Part shown: positions 50,061 to 64,000 of the stretch, piece after piece
Position numbering within the stretch: position 1 is the first letter of the stretch
Layout of the letters: each line of letters begins with the position of its first letter
Origin: Haliotis rufescens
Lineage: Eukaryota
Direction: 5' to 3'
DNA length: 64,000 nt
Assembly: GCF_023055435.1 (NCBI RefSeq)
Contig: NW_025964224.1
Span: forward strand, 1,178,001 to 1,242,000
Notes under the pieces: generated by a model
Database searches by the model: none
What the model was told of the DNA's origin: nothing
The model's input: the letters and a program-made list of their open reading frames with translations, nothing else
Position numbers and translations under genes: made by a program

Positions 50061-53000
50061 GCTATCCCCCCGCACCAAGCTGACACGCCGTGATGTAAAT
50101 GAAATTCACTCGTGAATCATTGGACTACATTAGATAAACAAACTGAATCATTGTTCACTATTTAACATAAAAGACACAGTATTGCGTTCCAATGACCCAT
50201 GTGGACTGATTTCTTTCATTAAAAATTAAAATCCGAGAACTGTGCTGCCCGTATTTTAGAGGTTTCCCTGTCTCTCCCTATTTAACACAGTATTGCGTTC
50301 CTGTGAATCCTGTAGGCTGATTTTTTAGTAAGTCCGGACGATTTCATAGACAACTGTGCAGTCTGTATTATAGAGGGTTCTCTCTACTGAAAACACTCTC
50401 TTAATAGATGGACCTCTTTGTTCAGGTGAATTGATAACTAACACGAGTGAATGAGTGACTATAGTTTTACGCCGCTTTTAACAATATTATAACGGTGAGG
50501 GACATCAGAAACGGGCTTCACACATTGTACCCATGTTGGGAATAGAACCTGGTCTTCGTTGTGACGAGGGAACGCTTTAACCACTAGGCTACCCCACCGC
50601 TCCTGATAACTTACAAGAAGGTTAAACAAATGATTTCGTACATTTTACATGTTACATTTCATAACGCGATACATTTGTACAGCTGTTGTGACAATTTCAC
50701 TTCAATGTTGGTGACCGGCGTTGAGGTAGCATAGTGGTTAAAGTGTTAACTATTCACACCGGTGGCCCTGGTTCGATTCTCAACATGGTTGCAATATGAA
50801 GCCCCTTTTCTGTTGTTCCCATCGTTATATTGCTGTCATGTTTCTGAAAGCAGTGTGAATCCATACTCACTCACTCTTTTCACGGTTAAGGTATAATGTA
50901 CATGACACATGAAGATCCGGGTTAAAATAGGTCTTCAACAACCCATGCTTTCCATAAGAGGAGACAAACGGGACCGTGTTGTCAGGCTCGCTGACTTGGT
51001 TGATGCATGTTGCAATACGATTTGGTTTTGTATCAAGTTCATAGTTTCTTTTCTAATTTCATTTGTCGTATGCAGTTGTAGGAAAGATGTGCTGAAGGTG
51101 TTTCATTTTAACGCTTTACAAAAAGAAAACATTTCGGTGTCTAATTCATCTTCAAAAGTTGTGTAAGAGTCGCTGTGCATACTGTTGTAACCAATTACAT
51201 TGTGTAGTTTGTTGTCATCTAATGGAACTTTCCATTCCCATTTGTTTATGTCATGCCCGTGTTTCTTCATGTACATATTAGTTTTGCTGCATTTGTAGCG
51301 TTGTCACTTATTCCCTGTGAGAACCAGTACAAGAGACATTTCTAATTTGCTACTTTTTAACCCCCTTCTCCTTGCAGTAATATTTGAGTTGGCCTGACAA
51401 TATTTTCCCATTCAAGGATATTTGTTTTGCACTGGTGTATATTTGTTAATGGCTGACAGGTGAGGTATTTCCGTACTTAACCCCAAGTGTATTTACAAAC
51501 GTCACACCTGTTGCCGAGTAGTGTGTGTAAGCAATTACATTTGATCTCCAATAAGTGTATTTCCGCTTCTTCAGACTGGATGGGAGAGTACTTCCCTGCA
51601 ACTGCACACCTTCGGCTCCTCAGTCACCATTACACTACAGACTACTCCTACCGTTGTATTTATAGTAGAGACTCACATCATAAACCATTGGTGGGTTGGT
51701 GTTCCACACTACCAACAATAGCAAGTCTTTAAAATCCCACACGTGACCATGTTTAAATACACAGAGTGAGCTAGTGAGTTAGTGAGTGAGGTTTTTCGCC
51801 GCTTTTCGCAATATTCCAGCAATATCATGGCGGGGGACACCACAAACGGGCTTGACACATTGTACCCATGTCGGGATTCGAAAGCGGGTCTTCGGTGTGA
51901 CGAGCAAACGCTTTAACCACTAGGCTACCCGACCGCCCCTCGACACATAAAACCAGGTGAGGTGTACCCTTCATTACAGATAGCATTGCAGGCTTGAAAT
52001 CCCACATCAAAGTCCACTTCGTTGGTTAAATCTCAACGAACAGATATTGGTCGCAACCCATGAGAGTACAAGCGTGATCAAGTGCTTTCCATTAGCATTA
52101 CAAACAAGGTCAACCGACAAATCTTATGGTCAAGTAACTACAATTGGTAATCAGTATAAATGATTTTTGTGATTAGTAAATGGAGCATCGACGATCAGCA
52201 ACCACTTACAACGACTTAAATACGGATTTCTGAGAGAGTACAGGATTATGTTCTAGTGGGTACAGTATTCAGGAATAATCCATTTTATATAGATAGATTC
52301 CCCTACTAAATCATCACTTTTGATATTTCTGGGAATCGGTCCAGATCACTGTTCCAGTGCTATCATCTTTCGGCCTGACCTCGGCTCGTTTGGTGTATTT
52401 GTCTGTATAGTGTGTATAGTGTTGAGAGGGTGGGGTGAGTTAGGTGCGTGTGTTAAGGGAGAGGTACGTGCGTTTGCGTTTGAGGCAAAGGTGTGTGTAT
52501 GTGTGTGTGTGAGGTTGAGTGTATGTGCGTGCGTCTGCTTGTGCGTGTATTCACTCGTTGCCTTAGTAAGTATTTCAGATGGTTTGTAATAAATGAAGAC
52601 TTGGTGTTATTCTCCAGTGTCATGTCACTGTAATGAGGCAGTGGTCTGGACTCCCAGTGTGTAGTTTTCATGTATCACTACGCCTGTACAGGAAGGCGGA
52701 CTCACACAATAACTTGCGATGGTGTTCGACCTCTTCCTCCTGTATAGCATCCCCTCTAATCACTGTACTTATTGAACTCATGTTTCTGTTAGCATCAATA
52801 GATGACTGACAATTTGCGCTTCTTTGTGTCCCTCAGCTCAATCAAGAAGCGTTATTTTCTGTTTCTCTACTGTAATGAATAGGAAAGGTTGCTTTATGTG
52901 TTTTCAATTAGAAGGTTAAAAACTCGATACTCATGACTAGAAGACATAACATGCCCATGTTCTACAGTACAAACATATCAAACACAAGCCCATTAGCAAT

Positions 53001-54674
53001 TTCAGATATTCAGAATATAATGCCGCCACTTTAGGGCATAACGGGAAAATTGCTGCATTAAGTATTTATTCCGAGGCATACCAAGCTGGTACCAATGATT
53101 GGTTCCACTCCTTCTTTCGCGGGTGAAAAAGGGCCGAAGTTAATGGTTCTTAGAGACAATACCTTTACACTAATAACAATTCTATCGCCTCGGAACCCGG
53201 GATCGAGCGGACGACGGTTTTAATTACAAACCTGTACACTTGTATAAACCAAGGTTGTCTATTAATTGTAATAACATGAGTTTCGTCATGGGAACTCGAT
53301 ATTGAATATTGTTTACTGAATGTAATCTCTCATCATTATAGATCATCGGAGTGGGTGCACCATCTACCGTCCAAGTAGCTGGGATGCTTTGTGGCGCCAC
53401 TCCCCGATAAGATTCCCATGTTCAGAATATTGTTACAGGTGACAGGTAACGTTTCAGTCAATACCTTATCGCTCATTAGAAATACATCAGCGTCTCTGAT
53501 ACTCGCTGTCTGTGAGGGCGCCCACGTCCGACTGCAGGGACGGGCACAACATGCAAGACTGATGGCTACGCTCCAACCCAATCATCGATAACCCGTATTA
53601 GGCTGATAAGCTTCTGAATGCCTTGATGTGTAGTGGCTTTTCTTATGTTATTGATAAATGTTCCACTGGAAAATAATATCCCCTCATCTCCCCTCAGCTT
53701 GCCCTTCACGAACATATTTTATTGTTATCTCTTTAAGTGGCACTGAAGAAGTGGTAGCATCAATGAATCACTTGATAGAGGCACTAGCATCTCTACCGCA
53801 TGTGGCATGGACAGACTGAAAGTTGAAATCCATTAACTCGCTCTTCATATAGGAATACCTTACTTACTATGCATCGTTCTCTTTGGCGAGGGATCATCAT
53901 AAAATACCAAGTCTGTTATAAGTAAATTATAGCAACCAAACGATTCCAATAATCCTATCGTATACTGTAATTACACAGTTGATGTCCCTGTTTCTACTGA
54001 TGCTGGTCTTACAATTGTGAACAGATATTTAGTATCCTCATAGACAGTCACGGCCATAGCTAAATTATTACTGCTGTAGCTATAAAATTGTTCAATATGA
54101 CTTGCACTGGACATTGTACCCAAAAGTACATAGGTGACATTGAAGTTATAAAGCCACGCATGTGGATTTAGTTGATGTCAATAAAGAGAGTATATCGTAT
54201 GTGGATCACCTTTGTCCAATCCTATTGTGTTAAGTCAATAAAATACGAATATGTTTGTTTGTTTGTTTGTTTGTTTGGTATTGTGGGGATTTTAAAGAGG
54301 GTTTTTCCCAAACTATGTTTATCAGATGAAACATATTTCGTCAACAGGTATGAAGGTTTCATGTACTTTGAGTTTAAATTCACTTTGAACAGTAAAGATA
54401 CAACAGCACTTTAGCTTAGTGTGGGTTGACCGGAAATGTATTACATCTGTATGACGGCGGTCTATAAATAATGGATTGGCTAATCCAGTGGCCATCGATA
54501 TAGACAAAGTCTTCACAAAACAGCAATAAACTGCAAATATAGATTTGATGAGACGTTACAGACGTTATCAAAACGTTACTAGGTTAGGTTACTTAAAACA
54601 TTTCTGCACAGATCCAGAAATTACGCTGAATATGGTTTCTCAGTTGTTTCTTTGATTTCCAACCTTGGTTGATA

Positions 54675-55350
54675 GATGAGGTGAATATTCTCGATTGTCG
54701 TGGCATTGTTGACAGGAATGAGGTGAATATACTGGATTGTCGTGGCACTGTTGACAGGAATGAGGTGAATATACTGGATTGTCGTGGCACTGTTGACAGG
54801 AATGAGGTGAATATACTGGATTGTCTTGGCATTGTTGACAGGAATGAGGTGAATATACTGGATTGTCGTGGCACTGTTGACAGGAATGAGGTTAATATAC
54901 TGGATTGTCGCGGCACTGTTGACAGGAATGAGGTGAATATACTGGATTGTCGTCGCATTGTTGACAGGAATGAGGTGAATATACTGGATAGTCGTGGCAC
55001 TGTTGGCAGGAATGAGGTGAATATACTGGATTGTCGTGGCACTGTTGACAGGAATGAGGTGAATATACTGGATTGTCGTGGCACTGTTGACAGGAATGAG
55101 GTGAATATACTGGATTGTCGTGGCACTTGACAGGAATGAGGTGAATATTCTCGATTGTCCTGGCACTGTTGACAGGAATGAGGTGAATATACTGGATTGT
55201 CGTGGCACTGTTGACAGGAATGAGGTGAATATTCTCGATTGTCGTGGCACTGTTGACAGAAATGAGGTGAATATTCTCGATTGTCGTGGCACTGTTGACA
55301 GAAATGAGGTGAATATTCTCGATTGTCGTGGCACTGTTGACAGGAATGAA
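54675..55350. repeat. 42-bp minisatellite, about 16 units
   Basis: Duplicate of 39443-40078, with one extra unit and a 2-bp deletion (offset shifts by 40). Confidence 0.95.
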
Positions 55351-58300
55351 GTTATCTGTGTATCTCAAACTGAGGGTATGTAAACGTCCTACTATCATGC
55401 GATTTTATGGAAAGTAAATTGATGAGACATGGCAGTATTATTCATTACTCTGAGAAATTAAGTGTATAAAATGTCTTTGGTGGAGTTTCTCGAATATACA
55501 GATAAACGGATATATTTCAGATTGCAAATGATACCAAACCATGCAATATATTAATATTCCCCAAACAAGATAACAAGCCCAGACATTTTTTGAAAAATGA
55601 AATTTGTTTAGGTGGTCCCCTTTCAAGTTAAAGTAGAAAATCGTGCCCCAGTTTCATTGATTGCAGTTTAATAGACGGTATTTAGAGGATAGCGGTCGAC
55701 ATTTTCTTGGAGCAATCAGACGTTTTTATTATCCCCCAATACTATCATTTTAGGTCTTATGCACATTTGACTTTCTCTTATGAGATTCTTGCTTTATTGC
55801 GTTGAACGAAGGCTTTAAAACAGCAGAGGCCTTCCCACGAAAGGAGTAACTTGTCGATAAATCACAAACCAGTGGTCCAGTTATATCGCCCCTGTATTCA
55901 TAACGACTGAATGTGTCTCTTATCATACGACGGTTTCTCCATGACATCGTATAGTTACGACTATTGTTACGACTATTAGGCGCTGCTTGTAGGTTTGATT
56001 CATCATGCATACCCTCTCAACAAGAAACTTTGTGGCCTTTGGTTTTAGGAACAAGGACATGTCGCCTTAAGTTCCCTTCTATCTTAACACCGAGATCCAA
56101 CGGACATGACATCTTATCGACTGTTAAGCCTGGACCCCACTTTACAGCAGTTAAAGCTGCATGTTCCCAAAACAAGCCCATTATCTTAAGACCACAATAA
56201 CGATTTGTGATCGACACCATCACAAGATGTAAGAATTCTGTCCTGACATACGTTATAGCATTACATCTGCACACGCGCATTCTGTTGGCACTTGTAAAGG
56301 TAGTGTCTTGTCGAGATGCTTGTCTCCATTGTTTGTAGAGTGTCAGGATTTTAACCTTTTCATGTGCGTGTCGTGTACAAAATTGAGACATTGACACTAC
56401 CTGATAGAGATTTTGCTGGCTTGATCTAGATCATGAAATCAAGATCAGCACTGATTGACCTGATTCAAACCAAGGAATGTAACCCCATACTCGCTTCTTC
56501 CCAAAACTGATTTCACGAGGACTTGTTCAGGTTAGGACAGTAAAACTCAACAAGCTTGATGATTCAGCCATTTTCTTCTCCATTGTTACAATACTACAAA
56601 AAACACCTGACAAGAATGTATTGAGAAATACTTTGAACAAATATTCTTATACAAATAACAGTTTTGAAACTAAATATAAGAAAAGTAAGCCCATTGTTTT
56701 GTCATAAGAAAAAGACAAATACAAACTAGAGAGTAATGATCAATATTTTATTGGAAATGTACGTGAAGACATTCAAATGAAAGAACGAAATTAACATTTG
56801 AAAAGAAATATATGAAAGGGACATGCCATTATCATCATGCAGGTATGAAAATATATTCATATTTATTGTCTTTGAATTGTCTTTGATAAGGTTTTTAATC
56901 TATACTCTTACAATAGAAAAAGACCCTTCCTTCACATATACCATTATATTTGGAAACACATCTGGATTATTTGTATCTGGGGATTACTGCCTCAAGGTAA
57001 ATTTTTAACCCGTTTCTTGTCTGCATACGGTATTATATATACGTGATTGTCCTTTAGCACCATTACAAAGTGGTTTGTCTTTAGATGATTGTTCACAGAA
57101 GGACGGTGAGTTTGGTGGTTAGTTTTACAAAAACGTTTCCTCCATAGGGACTGTACAATCGTTTCTTTTTTTAAATATTTCCCTTTTTCGTGAACACCTG
57201 GTGATAGTGATTGATAGTGATTCATAAACGCATGCTTATGATATAGTTGGAATCGTACAATAGAATCTGCTTTTAACTGAGATTTCGTATGCTTATGGAA
57301 AGGGTTTTGTCGCTTATATATTTGATCCAGGCAATTAGAAATTGTTGGTTCACAGAGGTAGAAGATGAATGGACCTAAACGTTTTTCTTCAAGAAACCCT
57401 ACGAAGATGAAATCCAGTTGAAACCAATCTATCTTGTGTCTCGTCCTGTGTATAAGTCTGATCAAATAAAACTGGAAATGAGTTCACAAGAAAACATAGG
57501 AATAGTTTGTGGCAAACGAAGGTTATTTTTAAAACTTTATTTTCATCAGTACATGTGGCAAAACAAAATTCAGAAAACACCACAGTTCTCCCCAGCGCGA
57601 ACTGTAATTCCAGGAACCTACACAATGAGAAGTGACAGTAGATGCTGGATGCAGCTCGTTCATGAGGATGCTAGAAGACATGCAGGCTTTCTCGTAATCT
57701 TATTTGATATTATGGATCAATACAAATGTTTAAGTAATATGATTTACGACTTCTTAAAAATCTTTTAAAATTGAGTTTAAATTGATGTGTGTGCACTGTA
57801 CCATAGTATGTTACATCTATTCCTCCTACAAATGTATATTCATGAACAACATGTGCATAATCATCCTCTTCTAAGGATTCATCAGTAAGGTAATAGTGGT
57901 TGTTTATGAATCAGAAACTCATAACATGTACTATTCCTTTGAGTTTATATTACATGCGAACAGAATAATATTGTTAGCCATCCATATTATTATTATTAGA
58001 CTTCAACTGTCCAATAGTGAACTTTCCCTTCAACGTTTGAGGGACAACTGAGCATGTTTTTTCAACGAAGATTTAGAGCATCATACGACCCTTGCTCATA
58101 GGTTGTTTGTCCAAGATCACAAGTTTTATGTTAGACATGTAACGGGCATTTTCAAGATCAGTGACAGATTCATTTCCCTTTTTTGAACTCACTATATTTT
58201 GTCTGTTTTTTTGGGTAAACGTTTGACTAACCTTTGCATGTGTTTGTGACATAAACACATGCACATTATACAGTCGGAATCGTAAATCGTCACTGTCTTT

Positions 58301-59257
58301 GGCAGTGATTTCTTTTGAAAATGGAAGGGGTTTTGTCGCTTTTTCATTTAATAAACCAGTCAGAACAGAACTTTATTTCTCTCAGGCCGTACAAAATAAA
58401 ATGGGCTTGTATTGGCGCGCAGGGGTAAGCCGGAAGTCTTTTCATAATATTATGGTAAATCTAGTGATGGTATTAGTACTGACAGTTTAAGAGAGGGTGG
58501 AACTGTAATAGATTAGGCAATTGCGCGTACTGCTTTGGTATGTACAATTTGCGATGAAGTACGGACATTTGGAAATGTTCAGATATTCGCCTGCAACATG
58601 ATTTACATCACATAGGTTACTTATTCGTTGATTCATTGGGAAGTCCAAGGTTGGAGTTTGTTTGACATGGTGGAGTGGGTCTGTGGCTTGACTTCACCAG
58701 ATTTAATCGTCCTGTAACCCTATTGCCGGACGTGTCTCTAGTGGCCCTTGTGTATGTAGTCACGCCGATTTTCTCGACGCGATGAGCAACATGTTTAAAA
58801 TTTGATTCTCATTTGTGGGAAGTATGATCACTTTTAAACTGTAAAACGCGTAGACCAATACACTTTTACGTCTGATGCAATTTTACTTTGGCCATATTGA
58901 TTGGTGGCACGAGCGGAATGAGTGAGTGTATGAGTGCGTCAGTTACATTTATTCATATCAATTGTGTCAGGACTATTGAATACTATCCGTTGATCGTGTA
59001 GAGTTTGTATGCGCTTTCCTGGTTTTATATTGTTAGCCACTGACATACCATGTCCCTATTTAACATGGATACCCGCACAGTATACTGGCTCCGAGCCGAC
59101 CAGGCATTGTTTTACCAGATTCGTGCCGAGCGCCATGTGGGGTCACAACAAATTCCTTTTTTTGACGTATTTTCGTATCTCGCTCGCAGAGGATCAACAC
59201 ATCGACCTTCCGCTTTCCGGGCAGACGTTCCATCCATTACACCACGGAGGCGGTCTC

Positions 59258-60015
59258 CGGACAGATGCTTTATCCACAAGAACACGGAGGCGGTCTCCAG
59301 GTAGACACTCTGTCCACTAGAACACGGGGGCTGTCTCCAGGCAGACACTCTGTCCACTAGAACACGGAGGCTGTCTCCAGGCAGACACTCTGTCCACTAG
59401 AACACGGAGGCTGTCTCCAGGTAGACTCTCTGTCCACTAGAGGACGGAGGCGGTCTCCAGGTAGACACTCTGTCCACTAGAACACGGGGGCTGTCTCCAG
59501 GCAGACACTCTGTCCACTAGAACACGAAGGCTGTCTCCAGGCAGACACTCTGTCCACTAGAACACGGGGGCTGTCTCCAGGCAGACACTCTGTCCACTAG
59601 AACACGGAGGCTGTCTCCAGGCAGACACTCTGTCCACTAGAACACGGAGGCGGTCTCCAGGTAGACTCTCTGTCCACTAGAACACGGAGGCTGTCTCCAG
59701 GTAGACACTCTGTCCACTAGAACACGGAGGCTGTCTCCAGGCAGACACTCTGTCCACTAGAACACGGAGGCGGTCTCCAGGTAGACACTCTGTCCACTAG
59801 AACACTGAGGCTGTCTCCAGGTAGACACTCTGTCCACTAGAACACGGGGGCTGTCTCCAGGCAGACACTCTGTCCACTAGAACACGAAGGCTGTCTCCAG
59901 GCAGACACTCTGTCCACTAGAACACGGGGGCTGTCTCCAGGTAGACACTCTGTCCATTAGAACACGGAGGCTGTCTCCAGGTAGACACTCTGTCCACTAG
60001 AACACGGAGGCTGTC
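59258..60015. repeat. 40-bp minisatellite, about 18 units
   Basis: Duplicate of the 44-46 kb array, 1720 bp (43 units) shorter. Confidence 0.95.
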
Positions 60016-63000
60016 GCAGAATGAAGGTGAAGTTCTTTATTTGGGTTTTGGACTAGCTTGCAACAACCATAATAATTTTTTGGTCCCAATTAGTAGCAGG
60101 CTGAATAACTGACGAAAGATGTTATTGTCAACAGTAGGAAAGTGACCTGTGATTATATGACCCACAGCTTTGTATTAGTATGATGATAGTAGTAGTTCTT
60201 GAAATTTAAAATATTGTGGGACATTTTGGGAATCTGGTCTTTGTCTGAGAATGGTACTTAAGTTTAAATCGTCAGTTCCCTTGTTTGCACCATGCGGATT
60301 TAGTTGAGGCTGTTTCTGGGCCAATCGTTTCAAAGCAATGTATAGAACTATACTCCCTAGTCGATGCTGTGGGCTGTTACACAGTTTGTGCACCCATCAA
60401 CAAATGTAGCTGGGGTCGTTTGATGTCTTTCAACGACACAGAGTAGAGTCGTGTTCTCACTTTGTGCAACCCCAGTGGCCCCTGAAGGAGGGGAAACACA
60501 TTTTTTCAACTCAGTTTGGCCTGTGGTCTTTTTGTGTCAATGGATCAACTAAAATTTAGAGATTAAAATATGAGAAAGAATAATCTGAATAACTGGTGCA
60601 AATGATGAGTTAGTTTTGAGAAACATATTGTTCGACCAATGTATAGTCGTGACATGTTTAACAACTGATGCAAATTGATATACGACTCTCATTCCCTTAC
60701 TTAATGCAAGTTTGAGTTTTAGTCAAAAGTTGTAGTTTATTTGACATTTTTATAACTTGATGATGGTAGGTTTCGTCTTTGTCCTATAACCTTTTTTTCC
60801 AAAGTTGACAATAATCCCTTTCAAAGCAAAGTCTTCGCGAATGGTTCTCTTCAAATGTTTATTCTGAAACCTTTGTTTGTGAGACTCTTTTTCTTCTCAC
60901 TTCACTTCAGACTATCAATTTCCTTTGTATGGGAATGGCTATTCCAATGACTGATACATGTATATACCATCTTTTCAATATTTGCATTTATAATATAAGG
61001 GTGAGTCATTCTCTTACCGCCAATACCAATTCCACTGATACAGCTGATACCGCGACCACGCCCACAAAAACTTCAACTACTAGGAACGTCATCCTAGGCA
61101 TGGGTGGCACAGTCTTATAAGGCGTCACAATTGGCTGTGCAGAGTTGCGTTCCTTGGGCACGTCAGGAACCTATGATTGTGGGTTCGAATCCCGGTTCGC
61201 CCCAATTATGTTTTTACGTTTGTCAACACCACACCGTGTTCGTAGGTTTCACCAAATTGGTAAAGGTCTGAGGTCATAATGCCAAAAGGTTCAGGTTAAA
61301 GGCAGCCCTGTCAGTTTCGGGAAAAACGAATTATTGTATGTCAATATTTACTCCTGTGGTTGAGAAAAGCAATATCCTAGCTGTAGACAGCGGTCTGTAA
61401 ATGATCGAGTCTCGACCAGACAATCCAGTGATTAACATCATGAGCATTGATCCACGCAATTGGAATACGATGACATGCATCAACCAAGTCAGCGATCCTG
61501 ACCACCCGATCCCGTCAGTTGCCTCTTACGACAAGCATGGGTTGTTGAAGACCTATGTTACCACGGATCAATATCGTCATTAAACCAAATATGTCTGTAT
61601 TAAAAATGTAAGGTTTACCTTTAAATCATTGTCGTTTGGTAGAAACATAAAGTCAAAATTCTATAAATATATTGATATCAACGACAAAAATATATATTAT
61701 ATAAAAAATTGCTGAATTTATGACAAGTTGAGTTTTCAGCCCTGTCAGCTTTCGAGATTTTTCAAGCACGAAAGGTCAATGTTGACACAAGGTTGATTCA
61801 AAATGTTTCAATGTCGGAACCTCAGATCAACCTAATTTCCAATGTCATGTGGTTGTTGGGAGATGATAAAAATGGTAGACGCAGCATATGGATCCCATGG
61901 AAACTTGAACACGTCCAGCAATGGTAATGGACTGCCGGTCACATATCTGCCGGTGAATCAAATACCAGAAATGTAGATGACGAGTATTTCAAATATCAAA
62001 ACACTAAACAAAGATAAAACTTAACTGAAGAAAAATATTTACACAAATATTCACAAAATTAATGACAATTTTAAAGATTTTCCATACAATAAATCACAAC
62101 CATTTTAATAAGGAAGTAACATATTTCCGACTAATACAGCAACCGTCTGGATTATTAAATATATCCTACGATCGTTATTTTGATTCTGGCATTATTCAGT
62201 CCCGTTTCATGTCCAATATCTATTGCTGTAATGTTTTTACAATGAAGACGCTGTGTTTTCTATTTCATTAGAATTCTAAGAAGCATTTCAAATAGGCTAC
62301 GGCTTCCGAGTCATCTTGAAGGCGCCCTTCAGTGACGCTCTTTCACTTGATTGGAATCTGTTGGTCGATCATAATTTTAATAAAACGTCTTCTTTAATGA
62401 ATATACACCCTCTTTTCAATTTAAGTCATTGAATATCGAGTCGCTATTCATACACCAAAATATTAATATTCTAAACTGTGCTCAGGGTGTTTTTCCAATA
62501 AATATCATAATATTATTCGGTTTTATGGCAAATAAATCCAGGAGGTATGGCGGTATTATTCATTACACCAAGAAACTAATTGTATAAAATGTCTTTGGTG
62601 GAGCTTCTGGTATAAAAGGATTAATTTCGGATAATCTGAGCAATTGATACCACACTATGCAATATATGAATATTCCCAAAGAAGACAAAATTTCCAGACG
62701 TTATTTCAAATGAAATTCGCTTAAGCTCTTCCCTACCGAATTTGACTTTTTCGCTTGGAATTTATAGGAACAAATTTGGTCTCAATTTCGTTGATTGCAG
62801 TTTGATGTGCGGTAGTTAGAGCAGAGGGCGGCGGACGACATTTTCTTGGCGCAAACAGACATTTTAATTCTTCCCAAATAGCAGTGATTTGACTTTCTCT
62901 TATGAGATTCTAGCTTTATTGCGTTGAACGACGGCTTTATAACAGCAACGGCTTTCCCACGAAATGAGTAACTAGTCGATAAATCACAAACCAGTTGTCC

Positions 63001-64000
63001 AATAATATCGCCCCTGTATTCATGACGACTGAATGTGTGTGTTATCATACGACGTCTTCCCAATAACATCGTGTAGTTACGCCTATTGTTGACTCTGCAA
63101 TTAGTTACAGCTTGTGAGTTTGCTTTATTGAAGAGCACAAGTGTTTCCGTGGCCATGATAAACACAACTGAAACAAAAGAGAACGTTTCATCTTTAATTC
63201 TCTTCTAATCTTAACCCTGAGCCTAAACGAATTTGAGATCGTGACACCTGTGACCCGAGACCCCACTTTACTGTGTTTATTCGTAATTACAATAGCTAAA
63301 GACGCACTGTCCCCGAAATAACCGTACACATGTCTCGAGAGCTCTATAACCTTAAGGCCACAATTACGGTTTGTGATGTTAACTGATCATGATGTTAACA
63401 TCACAAGGAATATAAAAAAGAATACATGCTCTCCTACGCACGGTGCATGCCATGTCTCCCCAGCACAGTTTATGTCTATCATAAAACTGAGAGACTGTGT
63501 CCACATAATCAGAATACTGCTAGCCTGGTCTAGATAACACAAACTAAGTCAGCACCGGAGTGTACTGAACTGATTCAATCTCGCAAGGAACGTCCCCCCA
63601 AACCTGTCTCCTGTCCATCCCCCCGCACCAAGCTGACACGCCGTGATGTAAATGAAATTCAATCGTGAATCATTGGACTACATTAGATAAACAAACTGTA
63701 TCATTGTTCACTATTTAACATAAAAGACACAGTATTGCGTTCCAATGACCCATGTGGACTGATTTCTTTCATTAAAAGTTAAAGTCCGAGAACTGTGCTG
63801 CCCGTATTTTAGAGGTTTCCCTGTCTCTCCCTATTTAACACAGTATTGCGTTCCTGTGAACCCTGTAGGCTGATTTTGTAGTAAGTCCGGACGATTTCAT
63901 AGACAACTGTGCAGTCTGTATTATAGAGGGTTCTCTCTACTGAAAACACTCTCTTAATAGATGGACCTCTTTGTTCAGGTGAATTGATAACTAACAAGAG

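Larger units (their letters stand above)
38641..50447. repeat. Segmental tandem duplication, copy 1 (near-identical to 53869-64000)
   Basis: Identical ORF pairs at offsets 15228-15272, then about 13550 after the 40-bp array. Confidence 0.97.
53869..64000. repeat. Segmental tandem duplication, copy 2 (runs off the window end)
   Basis: Near-identical to 38641-50447 apart from scattered SNPs, small indels and minisatellite length. Confidence 0.97.

Overview
Eukaryotic, repeat-rich invertebrate genomic DNA. The SINE repertoire and the CpG-depleted gene body look molluscan, possibly abalone-like; this is inference, not proof. There are three zones. (1) 1-6.6 kb is a transposon graveyard: a Tc1 relic, a Penelope-like RT relic, a LINE 3' end, a hairpin element and SINEs. 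(2) About 6.7-23 kb is one intact gene: a CpG-rich promoter, two putative non-coding 5' exons and a single-exon 1107-aa protein. The protein has 12 C2H2 zinc fingers, AT-hooks, H1-like and SPKK-like tracts and C-terminal TQT motifs. (3) About 26-64 kb holds a head-to-tail array of roughly ten ~1-kb minus-strand gene-like units per repeat. Several units keep a short 5' intron, pairs of them are recognisably paralogous, all have stops or frameshifts, and I cannot assign the family. The array is interleaved with minisatellites, one built from a SINE tRNA head, and about 15 kb of it is tandemly duplicated. Most short ORFs in the track are repeat-derived or spurious. Many boundaries are approximate because alignments were made by eye.
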